A stretch of 64,000 nucleotides of DNA from Salpingoeca rosetta (Eukaryota > Protista > Choanoflagellata): the NCBI GenBank assembly GCA_033442325.1, contig JAWQFM010000014.1, positions 1,528,095-1,592,094 of the forward strand, in the 5' to 3' direction. This document shows positions 26,461 through 45,682 of this stretch, piece after piece. Position numbers and translations under genes: made by a program. The notes under the pieces were generated by a model. That model was not told the origin of the DNA and made no database searches. It saw nothing but the letters and a program-made list of their open reading frames with translations. How positions within the stretch are numbered: the first letter of the stretch is position 1; every line of letters begins with the position of its first letter.

Positions 26461-27113
26461 TTACAAGTCCCACCACTCGCACATGCCAAGGCCATCAAGG
26501 TCCGCTTTCGCCTGTGAATGTGAACGAGTGGTCGCAACAACAACAAGGGCGTGAGGTTGCTTATCCATGCAGCAACAAATGCAGCAACAGTCGGCACACA
26601 CACGCACATATTGCACAAAATACACACACACACACACACGACACTACACATACATCACACACGCACACACACACGCATACACTACACGACACTACACATA
26701 CACTACACGACCTTGATGAGGTATGGGACTTGTTGCGCTGCGGTTTCCTCGGCCGCCTTCTTCGACTCCAAGCCTGATCGCCGTGATGGACAGAGAAAGG
26801 GATCATGCAACACGTTTAAGCGGCGGGTGGGAGGCAAAGGGGAGAACAGGGGTGGGGGCAACGAACTGGGCAGGGGCGTGCGTGCGTGCGTTCGTGCAGA
26901 GAGTAAAGAAACACGCACGCGCAGAAGGAACCCCGTGAACGTACGCGTGCGTGGCGGGATGTCGGTGAAGATTTCTTCGTCCACCATAAAGTAAATCTCC
27001 TATCACAATGGCACATTGGCGGGTGTGCGCGGGTGTGCGCGGATGTGAACCGAAACAGGATACACACGATCATCGCTGCTGACACAGACACAGACAGATG
27101 CAGGCACACAAAA

Positions 27114-27144
<31 letters not shown>

Positions 27145-27201
27145 CACACACACGCAAACACACAAACACAGACACAGACACAGACACAAACAAACACACA
27201 C

Positions 27202-27238
<37 letters not shown>

Positions 27239-27427
27239 AACACACGCACACACAAGCACACAAAGTGTCGCACGTCTTCCAGGGAGTATTCGAGGTCGTG
27301 GACGGCGTCGTCTGCAGAGTAGCGCCAGATCCACGTCTGCTTCGCTTCGTCAAAGAAACTCCCCGGCCGCAGCTTGTCTGGCGGAATCACAACGTCGTCG
27401 AAGAACGTGCCCAGGGACACTGCCGTT

Positions 27428-27469
<42 letters not shown>

Positions 27470-28169
27470 TTGGTGAGGTTGACGAAGCCTGAGGCCAAAC
27501 AACCAAGTACATACACCCACACATCCACACACATCCACACACGCGCTCACACGCTCACACGCTCACACACACGTGCACACACACACACACACATACACAC
27601 ACTCACCGCGAATGCCGCTGTCACGCGAGCAGCTGCGAATCGTGCCCTTGAGGACCTCGCCCACGAATGGGCGAAACATGAGTAGGCGGAAGGTCACGTG
27701 CACATGTGCAGCACCGTCGCTCGGGTGGATTTCTCCGTCGCCAATGTCCAACAAATCAAACAAGCAGATGCCCAGCCCTCGCTGTCGCAACCAAGCTCAC
27801 GTGTGAGTGTAGTATGGCAGCGCGACCGAGGTGGCAGAAGCATGCAGCACACAGGCTCAGAAAGCATACATCTACATGCACGCACACAAACACGCACACA
27901 CAAATACACAACGCACCACAACACACACACACACACACAACGCACACACACACAACACACAAACACACACACAACACACACACACACACACACAAATACA
28001 CACACAAAACACACACAAAGCACAGACACACACACACAACACACACCTTGTGGATGACTTTGTTGGTGAACATCTTGTTGATTTCAAAGGCAAGGGCCTC
28101 GTTGCGGTCCGTGGCAAACCGCTTCGGCTTGAGCCGTATCACATCCTTAATCTCAATTACACAGAACAT
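26461..28169 (-). CDS. POLR3H: RNA polymerase III subunit RPC8/RPC25, multi-exon
   Basis: [27 protein letters not shown]; [45 protein letters not shown]; [13 protein letters not shown]; [10 protein letters not shown]; [11 protein letters not shown] stop. Confidence 0.93.
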
Positions 28170-28384
28170 GCTTCTTGGCGTGTGTTCTCTTTCTGTCTGT
28201 GTGCCTTGTGCCGCTTGTAGAAATTTGGCAACATTTCACGGTCATTTTCGTCTCGGCACACATTTCCTGTGGGTTTCTCTCCTCCACGCCTTTTTCCAAC
28301 CACTTGACCAGTCGCTCGCTTCATTCTTCTCTTGCATTCAGGCTTTCAAGCAGCATTCACTGTCACTTCACAACTTCAACCGAC

Positions 28385-33447
<5,063 letters not shown>

Positions 33448-33884
33448 ACACCGTCGTGTGGTGTTGATGTTGGTGTTGGTGTTAGGGTGTTGAGTACGGG
33501 TGCTGTTGAAGTTGTTCAAGTTGTTGGAGTTCGTATCGATGTTCCTGCGTTGATGTTGTGAGATGCTATTTCTGTGGCTGTGGCGACCAGAAGCACTTTT
33601 GTCACTTCCTTGGTCCTAAGCTTCACGCATGTGTGCTGGTCTGCTGTTGAGTTATGTGACATTATTTTACGTTTCGACCATTCATTCACTTACAAGAATC
33701 TGACATGAAACGGGACAAAGAGTGCTCTGCACACAGATGGAAACACGTAACCAACAAAGTTGCACAAAGAGGAATATAAACACACGCAGACAGACAGACA
33801 GACAGACAGACACAGACAGACACAGACACACACGCACACACACACACGCACACACGCACGCACACACACATTTCATACACACAC

Positions 33885-33930
<46 letters not shown>

Positions 33931-33932
<2 letters not shown>

Positions 33933-35265
33933 ATGCGGTTTCCATTGCCATTGCGGCGTCGATGCTGGTGAGGATATCGAAGGCCTTCCCCCTGATGACC
34001 ACGTGTTGCCCCGGCCACTGCACGCTCGGGTCCTGCACATCGCGACCCGGGTTGATGCGGATCACGTGCGTGCGCTGTTGTCGTGCCAGCCGCGACGCCA
34101 CCACCCGCTCCACCTCCAGCCGCACCGTCGGTACGAGGTTTCCCGCGCCAACCTCCAATATCGCCAGTGTGCTGTCGTCGGGGAGCGCGTCGAGCCACGC
34201 GCCGTATCGGCCTCGGTGCGCTGTCGCCGCCGTCCCCTCCCACGCCGTGTCCTTGAACAGGAGGATGTTTGGTCGCGCGTGTCGCTGGCAGCCAAACGTG
34301 CGGCAGCGCGGGACCTCCACGCCAGCAGCCAGCGTGCACGGGTCCTGTGGATCCACGCTGAGCTTGCGGAAAGCGGCGTCGCTCTTCCAGATGCCGTGCT
34401 TGCCACTTGTACACTGCAGCCGGGCCATGGACCCGTGGCACTCGACCACGCTTGAGCGCGGGAAGCCGGCACGCTGGAAGAAGCCGTCGACGTTGCTGGT
34501 GAAGACGCGGTAGCCATCCCGCGCACCATCGCACCATCGCTTGAGGACGGCGTACCCGGCGTGCGGCTGTGCGGCCTGGTACGTGTCGTAGCGGTGCTTG
34601 TACCACGCCCAGACCACGCGCGGGCTGTCGTCGAAGTGCGCTGCCTTGGCCATGTCCTCGTATCGGAGTTGCCGCGCAGCCAGTTCCGGGAACGCCGCGG
34701 TCCACTCTGCTGGGCTCCTGTAGTCCGGCAGCCCGGAATCGAGGCTCATGCCAGCGCCCGCGGCAACCACGATGGCTGTGCTCGTTCCCAGCAGCTGTGC
34801 AGCCAGTTTGACGCCGACGTCAGTTGCGTCTGCTGGCGCTGGTGCTGGCGGGGGTGCTGGTAGTGGCGCATCTGGCCCTTGTTGGTTGTGCTGTTCGTGT
34901 ATTCGTTGTTGGTTTGCCGTTTGACTTGTCTGCTTCTTCTGTATTTGCGGCGTGTCTTCGTCTTCTTGCGCGGGCGCGCTTTCTGGCTCTTGCTGTTGTT
35001 GATGTTGTGGTGGTGGTGGTGGTGGTGGTGGTGGTGGGTGTTGTTTTGGGTGGGGATGCAGCGTGTCCTTGGTAATGTTTACAGTTTGGTGGTGGCCACT
35101 GTGTTCTCTGTCTTGGGTTGCCCTCTGTGCTGCTGATTCATTCATAGCGGCGACGCACCCCGCCCCCAACTTTGGTCTCTTTGAGGCCTCGTCGTCACTG
35201 CGTGTTGGTGTCGCCTGCGCCCCTTGGTTGTTGTGTGTCAGTGTTGCTTCCATCATCGTCGCCAT
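33931..35265 (-). CDS. Sir2-family NAD-dependent enzyme of bacterial type; intronless
   Basis: VAAGAGMSLDSGLPDYRS; FTSNVDGFFQRAGF; VECHGS..LQC; RPNILLFKD; ILEVGAGNLVPTVR; VIRINP. The first ATG is at 35265 (the ORF-track start at 35316 is TTG). Confidence 0.88.
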
Positions 35266-35340
35266 CGCTGTTTCCCGCCATCCAAAGTTGGGAAAAGTTG
35301 CCGCATCATTCGCCAATTTTCAGCACCCACATGGTCCAGG

Positions 35341-36050
35341 ATGGGCAAGCGCAACAACAAGACAGCCAAGCGCGAGCAGAGGACAGCCCAGCTCATCCAA
35401 CGTGCGTGTGTTGGTGTGTATGCGTGTGTGTGTCTGTGTTTGCTTGTTTGTTTGCTTGCTTGTTTGCTTGCTTGCTTGTTTGTTTGTTTGCTAATGTGTG
35501 TGTGTGTGTGTTTGTGTTTGCTTGCTTCTTGCTTGTTTGTTTGTAAATTTGTTTGTGTCTGTGTGTGTGTGTGTGTTTGTGGTTATTCAGACGCGTACTT
35601 GAGCACTTTTATGCATGCATGTGCTCACGCGCACCAAGCCGCACATCATCCAAAACCATGACACCACGTGTACGACAGGGCTGACGGCTCGGCGGGATGA
35701 AGCGACGGCGCTGCGAAAGAAGAGCAGCAAGGCGGCTACGCCCGTGAAGGCAAGCAACAGCAGTAGCAACAGCAACAGCAGCGATGCAGCTGTGATGGCA
35801 GCCGCCTCCGCAACGGCGGCGTCACGGAAGATGGCAAAGGCGATGGACATTGACTTGGACGAGGCAACCGCAGCCAGGCTGCACACCCTGACGAAGAAAG
35901 GCAAGAAAGGTGCCAAGAAACAGCAGCAACGGAGCAAGAGGAGAGGAAAGAAGAACAAGCAACCCAGTGAACCCACAGCTGGCGTCGCATCATCACAGCG
36001 CATCGTTCGCAGAAAAGCCAGGCAAACGGCGCTGTGAGTACAAGAGTGCG

Positions 36051-36081
<31 letters not shown>

Positions 36082-36360
36082 AGCTTGTGTTTGAGTGATG
36101 TGTTTGAGTGATATGTGTGTGTTGCATGGTGTGTGTGTGTGTGTGTCATGCGAGTTTGCCAGCGAGTGTTTCAATCGGCACCTTTCCAACCATGGACTTA
36201 CTTCATTGCTCACTCCTTCTTTTCGCGTGCACTCCATTGCAGGGCAACCGAGATGGTACAGATGCAGAATGTGCTGTCCAACTCGACGTTCAGGTCCAAT
36301 CCCCTGGCGGCGCTCCAGGAACACATTGCACACAACCTCGCCGCCCACACCAAGCAATGA
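35341..36360 (+). CDS. SLX9: SLX9/FAM207A-like ribosome biogenesis protein, about 3 exons
   Basis: Basic Lys/Arg-rich small protein MGKRNNKTAKRE...; C-terminal EMVQMQNVLSNSTFRSNPLAALQEHIAHNL matches the SLX9 C-terminal motif. Confidence 0.7.
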
Positions 36361-36624
36361 CACTGAGGGCGAGGGGACGGATGGTGTGTGTGTGTGTGTG
36401 TGTGTTGCGTTGTGTTGTGTTGTGCTGTGTGTGACGTGATGTGATGTATATGTGCGTGTGTGTGTGTTGCGTGTGTTTGCATGATTGTGGTGCTTTGAAG
36501 CAAGCTGTTCTTGCTCTCTATCCCTAATGGGTGTGACTGGTGTATTGAGGAGCATCAAAATCAATTCATTGGCGTGCTGGCCTGCTCACAATCACCATCC
36601 CTCGAGCTAAGTCCCCGAAAAAAT

Positions 36625-37134
36625 TTATTCCTCGTCTGCATCAGCGTGTGCATCTCCGATGTTTGACACGACCTGCGTCACGTTCTCGCACTCCTCCAAC
36701 CGGCCAAGCAGCGTCCGCACCGTCGCCTCTTCTTTCTTCCTGCACTCGTGCATGTGTGTGCATGTGTGTTTGTGTGCAAGTGTGTGCACGTGTGTGCATG
36801 TATGTATGTATGTGTGCATGTGAGTGAGTGCGTGTATGTATGTATGTATGTATGTATGTATGTGTGTATGTATGTATGTATGTATGTATGTATGTATGTA
36901 TGTATGTATGTATGTATGTATGTATGTATGTATGTATGTATGTATGTATGTGTGCGTGTGTGTATTTGCGAATGGCATGAACACATTTCCGCTTCAAGGA
37001 ACAAAACGCCAGAAGTCGAGCGCATGTGCCAGGTACGTACGATGGCGTGGCCATATTGGTTGGGATGTACTCGACCTCCGCCGCCTCCACTTCAACGCCG
37101 CGCTCCTGTTGGTGAGGGGTGGTATAAGTGGTGT

Positions 37135-37212
<78 letters not shown>

Positions 37213-37317
37213 GNNNNNNNNNNNNNNNNNNNNNNNNNNNNNNNNNNNNNNNNNNNNNNNNNNNNNNNNNNNNNNNNNNNNNNNNNNNNNNNNNNNNNNN
37301 NNNNNNNNNNNNNGTAG

Positions 37318-37394
<77 letters not shown>

Positions 37395-37639
37395 TGTGTT
37401 TGGACTTGACCCGTGCAGGGGTATTGCTGGTACTGCTGCCTCAAACAAACACACACACATCACACACATCACACACACAAACATACATGCAAACACAAAC
37501 ATACATGCAAACACATGAGCACACACCTTGAGTGCTTGGGATATGCGGCCAAGATCGGTTGGCTGACAGATGATCTGATGACGTTGGAAGCGGGTCAGTG
37601 TGAGGCGTACAGTGAGTCACGCATCACAACGCAGCTGCA

Positions 37640-37700
<61 letters not shown>

Positions 37701-38501
37701 ACACAAATGCCGGTGTGCGTACCCTCACTGGTGCTTCATCATCATCATCATCATCGTCATCATCATCATCGTCTTGGTCGTGCGGCAGTTCGACGTCCTC
37801 TGCGTCGATATCAATGGCAAGCTCCTCCACATCCATCGCATCCATTACAGACGCAGGCACACTCACCACCCTGGCAAGTGGTTGGTTGGTTGGGTTGGGG
37901 CGTGTGTGCGTGCGTGCGTGTGTTTGAGCGAGGAAGACACTGTACGTATGCGGGTGCAGGCAGCTTGCTTCGACGACACATGCATCACTGCGTGCACATT
38001 CATGGACGGGTGTGCATGTGTGCATGTGTATGTGTACAATACCCCTGGTGCTTGAAGGCCCACATGGAGCTGCCGTCCTTGCCAATCGTTCCGCCGTGCT
38101 TGTTTGTCACACGCCTGGGGTTATCCAAGCCACCGCAGGGACACATCATGAGGCACGGCAGCGGAGGAGATCGAGGATGGGATGGAGTTGGGAGCAGAGG
38201 AGAGAAGGGGGCGGTGCATACCTGATATCAGGCACGACGTGATCGCGCTTCTGCGCCTCTGCAAAGACAAGGAACTGGCTGCCGCCTGCGGTGGTCGTGA
38301 AGGGGGGGAGGGTAGCGACGGAGACTGTGAGATGATGAACGGAACCGAGGACGCGCTGGGCAGGCAGAGAGGGGGACAGAGCGGGACAGAGGGGAGGTGG
38401 AGGGGGAGGGGAGAGGGAGGGGAGAGGGAGGGGAGAGGGGGGGGGGGAGAGGCAGGTAGTCAAGCAAGCAGACAGACGGAAGACACAGACACGCACACAG
38501 A

Positions 38502-38550
<49 letters not shown>

Positions 38551-38571
38551 ACACACACACACAACACACAC

Positions 38572-38613
<42 letters not shown>

Positions 38614-39002
38614 NNNNNNNNNNNNNNNNNNNNNNNNNNNNNNNNNNNNNNNNNNNNNNNNNNNNNNNNNNNNNNNNNNNNNNNNNNNNNNNNNNNNNNN
38701 NNNNNNNNNNNNNNNNNNNNNNNNNNNNNNNNNNNNNNNNNNNNNNNNNNNNNNNNNNNNNNNNNNNNNNNNNNNNNNNNNNNNNNNNNNNNNNNNNNNN
38801 NNNNNNNNNNNNNNNNNNNNNNNNNNNNNNNNNNNNNNNNNNNNNNNNNNNNNNNNNNNNNNNNNNNNNNNNNNNNNNNNNNNNNNNNNNNNNNNNNNNN
38901 NNNNNNNNNNNNNNNNNNNNNNNNNNNNNNNNNNNNNNNNNNNNNNNNNNNNNNNNNNNNNNNNNNNNNNNNNNNNNNNNNNNNNNNNNNNNNNNNNNNN
39001 NN

Positions 39003-39033
<31 letters not shown>

Positions 39034-39462
39034 CACACACACACTCTTGCATCTGGTGCGCACGCCCATGCTTCCCTTCCTTTGCACTGACCACTTCACC
39101 CTCGTCACCCCCCCCCAAACCTTTCCGCTTGTGGTCCAAAGCTAGGTCTCTTAGGCGCACCTGGACAGCTTCTGAAAGAGCTGTGCTCGCTTGCGGTCTG
39201 CAAGGCCCTTCTTGTGCTTGATATTGGCCCATTTGCTGTGACCTGCCATGCCTCGCCGCATCACTGCAGCTACAGTGGCTCCTGCTGGTCGCAAGCCCGT
39301 CCGATGACCAGCCCTGCTCAGTGTTACACCTACGGGCGTTGCCACCGCTGTCGTTCCTATCGCTGCCACTGCTGCACTCGCCCTCCGCGCCGCCCCTGCC
39401 ATCGCTGACGGGCGCGCACGCACAGAGGCGAACAGCCGAGCAACACTCAACGTCTTGTTCAT
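36625..39462 (-). CDS. TACO1: YebC/PmpR family, mitochondrial TACO1-like; interrupted by assembly gaps
   Basis: Targeting-like N-terminus then MAGHSKWANIKHKKGLAD; GGSQFLV..PDIR; NKHGG..WAFKHQG; ELAIDIDAEDVE; EVEYIP; LLGRLEECENVTQVVSNI. Confidence 0.88.
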
Positions 39463-39483
39463 CTCGAGTGTGGTTTGTGTGTT

Positions 39484-39527
<44 letters not shown>

Positions 39528-39865
39528 GCGAATGGGGATGTGATGGTGTGATCAACGGAAAGTGTGTTTGGGGCATGTGCTGGCACTGCACTGCAAGTCA
39601 ACTCCACTCCACCCTCGCTCGCTGCATGGATTGAGGGGCGGCGGATGGATGGATGATGTGAACTAACGCAAGGAAAGGCAGGGGCAGGGGCATCGGAAGC
39701 GCAACAACAACACGAACGCGCCATGCAGGCAATGGGTGGACACGCAAGGCAGCAACAGCAACGACACACAGGGGAGAGAAGGGCAAGATGGGTAGCATGG
39801 CACGGTGGCAACAGAGGGAACAGAGCAACCGAGACAAGCAACAACCGCACGCACACACACACGTG

Positions 39866-40035
<170 letters not shown>

Positions 40036-40094
40036 AAGGAGAAGGCAGGGGCAGGAGTAAGAACAGGGTATTGTGATGTGTTTGTGTGATGTGT

Positions 40095-42849
40095 TTAGAT
40101 GACGTGGAGTTTCTTGAGGAGAACAACGACGAGGATGAGGATGAGGATGGCAATCGTCGCAACCATAATCATCTTGTGCGTCATGATCCTGTTGCAGGCC
40201 GTGTGTGTGTGTGTGTGTGCGTGTGTGTGCGTGAGTGCGTGCGTGCGTGCGTGCGTGCGTGAGTGAGTGCGTGAGTGAGTGAGTGAGTGAGTGAGTGAGT
40301 GAGTGAGTGAGTGAGTGAGTGAGTGAGTGAGTGAGTGACTGAGTGAGGGAGTGAGAGAATGAATGATTGAGTGATTTACCCAGGGTCTGAGGTAGTGTGG
40401 TTTCCAAGGACTATCTATTTTTTTATTAATGGTTTGTTGTGATTTATTGTGCTTTGTGGTGCTGCAAAGTGGTGTATGTCGATCCCCCCCCCCGGTCCCC
40501 TGCAGTCATCGCTCTCCCCGCTCCCCTCTGCATGTTTACCATCACAAGTGACTAGACCCAGGAATTGACAATTGTCAAACTAAAAGGTGCATGCTGAGGA
40601 TCAGCTGTGAGCACATGGTATATGGAGAGTCGTATAGACTAATTCACTATCATATATAGCGACGTACTGCGCATACTCTCCGCTAGCGAAGAGCTCTCAC
40701 TACCACGACTAGCTGCACCGCTGGGTGTAGAGGTCTGTCGTATGCGTAGTTGAGAGAGAAAGAGGAAATGAGCTAGAGTCTGCGGNNNNNNNNNNNNNNN
40801 NNNNNNNNNNNNNNNNNNNNNNNNNNNNNNNNNNNNNNNNNNNNNNNNNNNNNNNNNNNNNNNNNNNNNNNNNNNNNNNNNNNNNAGTGAGTGAGTGAGT
40901 GAGTGAGTGAGTGAGTGAGTGAGTGAGTGAGTGAGTGAGTGAGTGAGTGAGTGAGGGAGTGAGTGAGTGAGTGAGTGAGTGAGTGAGTGAGGGAGTGAGG
41001 GAGTGAGGGAGTGTATGAGTGAGTGAGTGAATGTGTGTGTGAAGGGTGTGAGTGCGTGAGTGCGTGAGTGAGTGAGTGAGTATGCGCAGCCGCCACTTGA
41101 AGTGCGAGGACACCTCCCAGTGCATCAGAACAAGCCGTGTGTAATGTGCATCACGGCGCATTCCAGCAAACAGTGTGCGTGCGTGTGTGAAAAAGCACCT
41201 GCGCGTCATGGAGTTGAGGATGCGGTTTGCCTTTGACAGGTTGGCGTCCGTGCCTTGGACCTGGGCGATGGTCAAGTGGGGAGGAGGGGGATGAGTGGCG
41301 TGTCAAAACGTGAGGATCGACTCGAAGAGCGAGGGCAACACCAACACCAAGCAATCAAAGCATGCAGGCAGACGAGCAAGTGCAAGCGTGATACACAAAA
41401 CCTCACCCCCACCCCCCAACACACACACACACACACGACACAATAACGAAAACGACAACATCCGACCACCACGACCACCACGACCACCACGACCACCAAC
41501 AACAACAGGAGCAGCAGCAGCCTTGCGTACCCTGCCGCCGATGCGGACGATGGTGTCGCGCTGGTCGCTGAGGTCGGTCATAATCTGCTCGCCCGTCTGT
41601 CGACTCGACTCGCCAAGTCGCTCAATCTGCACCAGGCGGTCGCTCGTCGCATTCATCGTCTGCCGGTTCGCAAGAATCTGGTCCCGCGTCGTCACCGCGC
41701 CCTTTGTGATGGTGGTGGTGACGATGATTGTGATGGTGGTGGATGGCGGTGGCGGTGATTGAGAAAATGGTTTGCGTGAGGTGGCATTGAGAGGTGTTTG
41801 CGTGCTTGTGCTGGCGCGTGGACTGTGCATGCAGGCAGGGAGCGCTCCACATGAGTCCTACTCGAGTCTCACACCCCAACCCAATCAATCACCACTCACA
41901 TCACCACTCACGTCACCACCACCACCACCACCGCACGAGCGCGTGTGTCGCACCTGGTCCTGGCTGCCGCCTGCGCCGAGGAGGGCTGAGCGCTCGCCCG
42001 TGGCCTTCTGGTGCCGGCCGAGACAAAGAGCACGCGCAGTGGGCCACAGTGAGCAGAGGGCAAAAGGATGAAGGGTAAAAGGGAAGGGAGAAGAGCAGGG
42101 ATACAGGAAGAGTCGCATTTGCATTCACACACACACACACACACGAACTCAACGCGGCCGTGCGTGAGGAAACGTACGAGCTTCTGCTTGATGGACTTGA
42201 GCTTCTGTCGGTGGGAGGTGAGGCGGTTGTTGAGCGTTGCACGTTCCCTTGGCGGCGCAAGCCGCGCCTCAGACTCCATCGTGTACAGCTGCAAGAGATT
42301 GCATATTGTTGGGTGGGTGAGGGTGGTGGTGGTGAGGATCCGGACGGACAAAGGCTGTTTCACACAACCGCAAGCAAACACACATATCATATCATACACT
42401 CATACACACACACGCACACACACAGCTACAAGCAAACACGCCCACACACACGCTCACACACACACACGCACCAAGTCTTCGGCTTTGTCAACTCTGCTTT
42501 GTGCATCCTCAATCTGTCGTCTGCGTTGTTCTGCCAAACATTTCAGCATTGTACAAACAAACAAAGCGCGGTGAGAACGAGATCATCTCCATCGCGCAAC
42601 TGCACTATAGCTTGAGCAAGCCGGCGTTGATTGTATCCATGCAGATAGAGCTGGGAAGCGAGCAAAAGGACAGACACAATCACGAAATACAATTTGCGCA
42701 GACACACACACACACAATGACAATGCAGACAGGCACACATGCAAAGACACACCTCCCGACATGTTGGCGAGCGATTGAACCATGCTGGAGAGCTCGGAGA
42801 GCACGTCCTCCAGATCATACTCGGCATCCTCAAAGCCTTGCGAGGACAT
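40095..42849 (-). CDS. VTI1: Vti1-like Qb-SNARE, multi-exon
   Basis: Habc helices (FEDAEYDL..; LYTMESEARLAPP); SNARE motif GEQIMTDLSDQRDTI..TDANLSKANRILNSMTRR; last exon 40189-40095 gives the C-terminal TM IMVATIAILILILVVVLLKK. Confidence 0.88.
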
Positions 42850-43191
42850 GGTGACGGGTGATCGGCGTCGAAGTTGTTGTTGACGACAAGAACCAGATGC
42901 GGGTGTGGACCGCTCGTTTCGGAGACACGAGAGCCTTCGAGGGGCAAAGAAGAGCACGACTTTTGCTTGGTTGGCTGCGCTTATTCGCTTGGACGCAGTC
43001 TCAGTCACACAATAATGCCAGACGTCACGCCAAGGCCCAAGAGAAGAAGACACACACAAACAAAGATGAGCAGCACCAACAACAACGACAGCTGTCTCGC
43101 TTCTGCTTGGATTGGATTGCTTTCGTATCCTCTGGTGCGGGGGAAAGTGGAATTTTATACGGCATTATTCATGATATTCGACAACGATGAC

Positions 43192-44249
43192 TCACCACGC
43201 ATCCACAACATGCTTTGGGTTGATGGTGGTGGTGGTGGTGGTTGTGGATGGTGGTCGTGCACCCTGTGTGGTGTGCTGTGACGAAGACGAAGACGAGGAT
43301 GATGATGATGACGGTGCTGTTGCTGTCGTTGGATCCGTGATGGAGTCATCTGCACGCAGTCGCTCCTGAGCAAAGTGAAGGAGGAAAAAAGAGGGGGGGG
43401 GGGCGGCGGGTTTGAAGACTGGGGTGAGGCAGTGAGGAGGGGAAGGGTAGACAGGGGAGGAGGAGAAGGGTAGACAGGGGAGGACAGGGGAGGCATCGAC
43501 GTAAACACACAGAGATCCACACACAGACACAGAGATCTACACAGAGACACACCTCGTGTCGCTTCTTGCCGACAGCCAGCTTTGGGCGACCTTTGTTGAG
43601 ACCTTCCAGCAGCACGCACGCCTTGCACAGGTCAGAGCTGGTCATATACCCGCACCGGATGCACGTGCCTGCAGCAGATGGCGGTGTGTGTGTGTGTGTG
43701 TGTGTGAGTGAGCAGTGGTGACCATGAAGCGTGCGAAATCATGACATCTAGCATCCAGTTCGCACACACGCACAATGCATCGTCATCGCTCGTGATCACC
43801 TTGGGGTGGCAGCGTAACTTCCTCTTTGACGTGCAGTGCCTCTCCACTGTGAATAATGTCTTGATGGCGCACGAATCGAGGAAAAGCGAGGGAGGGAATT
43901 GGACGACGTGTGAGAACGTCGACAAATAGGACGGGTGACCAACTTTGTGGCAGACATATGTACGGTACACAAGCACATGTACAGTACACACGCACACGCA
44001 CACGCACACACACACACACACGCACACACACACACACACATGCACACATGCACAAACACACACAAACACACACACACACACACCGATAATGGAGCTTGGT
44101 TTGATGGTCTCGAGGTCCTTGAGAAACGTGCGTGCAAAGCCGCTGTAGAGACAAAGCAGGCGGAAATGCAACACGTGAGCTGGAGGAGTGCGGTTTAAGT
44201 TTTGCTGCACCTGCTAACTCACACAACACACACACACACACGCACACGC

Positions 44250-44320
<71 letters not shown>

Positions 44321-44741
44321 CAAAGCATGCGGACCGGTATGCGTTGGGCGAGTAGGTGCACTCTGTGCTGAAGTAATCGAGCTTCTTGAAGTACGCGTAC
44401 ATGACAATCTCCTTCTCATATGTGTACTTGAACGGCTTTGATCGCGGCAGGTCCCCGCCCTCACCCGTCGTGATGGCTGCAATGCAGGAGAGGAGAGAGG
44501 GTCAAACCACAAAGTGGCACACACGCACGTGGAGAAAACGCACGAGCAAGCATAAATGTGGGCATGAGTGAGTGTCTTTGCCACGAAGGAATGGCAGCAA
44601 CACTAAGCGCGTGTGCACACAGATTCAAGTGCACAAGTACAAGATACGCAAGCACACACACAAGCACACGAGTGCACAAGCACACGAGTGCACAAGTACA
44701 CGAGTGCACAAGCACACAGGCACACACACACAGACACACAG

Positions 44742-44824
<83 letters not shown>

Positions 44825-45331
44825 NNNNNNNNNNNNNNNNNNNNNNNNNNNNNNNNNNNNNNNNNNNNNNNNNNNNNNNNNNNNNNNNNNNNNNNNNNNN
44901 NNNNNNNNNNNNNNNNNNNNNNNNNNNNNNNNNNNNNNNNNNNNNNNNNNNNNNNNNNNNNNNNNNNNNNNNNNNNNNNNNNNNNNNNNNNNNNNNNNNN
45001 NNNNNNNNNNNNNNNNATACATACAGACATACATACATACATACATACATTCATACACACACACAAGGTAATACACACACACATACACACACACAAATGC
45101 ACACAAGCACAATGCATTCATTCACACACAATGCACACACGAACACACACCTTTGCCGCCAGACGCGCCAATGGCGACAACGTCGCCCGGTGTAAACAGG
45201 TTCTCGGAAACAATGGTCTCATGGACTTCCTCCTCAAACGCAGCATAGAAGCACTCCCGGCACAGCGCAGCGCCCGTCTTGGGCCGGCGCATCGCCGCCC
45301 GGCTCGTCTCGCACCGCGCACACAACTTCAT
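43192..45331 (-). CDS. CTU1: Cytoplasmic tRNA 2-thiolation protein 1 (Ncs6); central exons missing in gap
   Basis: [36 protein letters not shown]; [40 protein letters not shown]; [25 protein letters not shown]. Confidence 0.95.
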
Positions 45332-45682
45332 CGTCCTCGTCGTCGCCCGCTGCCTGTGTGTTATGATGAAGGAAGGACAAGAGGCAGCGTGGTGCTGACG
45401 ACTGAAATCAGGGGGAATGTGGGCGGCTTGAGGAATAGCGAAAGTCTTCATATATTTTTCGGCTGTGAAGCTTGCAAGCAACCGCACACGATCGGCCCGC
45501 CCACCATCAGCACAACAACCAAAACCCAGACAACCCGACAAACCACCGAAGGCGACAGACGCACACGAAGTGCTGCGGCCGGACATCTCACCCTGCAGGA
45601 CGCGAAGAGAACGACCCAAGCACAGAAGAACAAGTCAAATAGACACGCCACTAGACTGCTTCAGCTTCAAGAACGTGTCATC

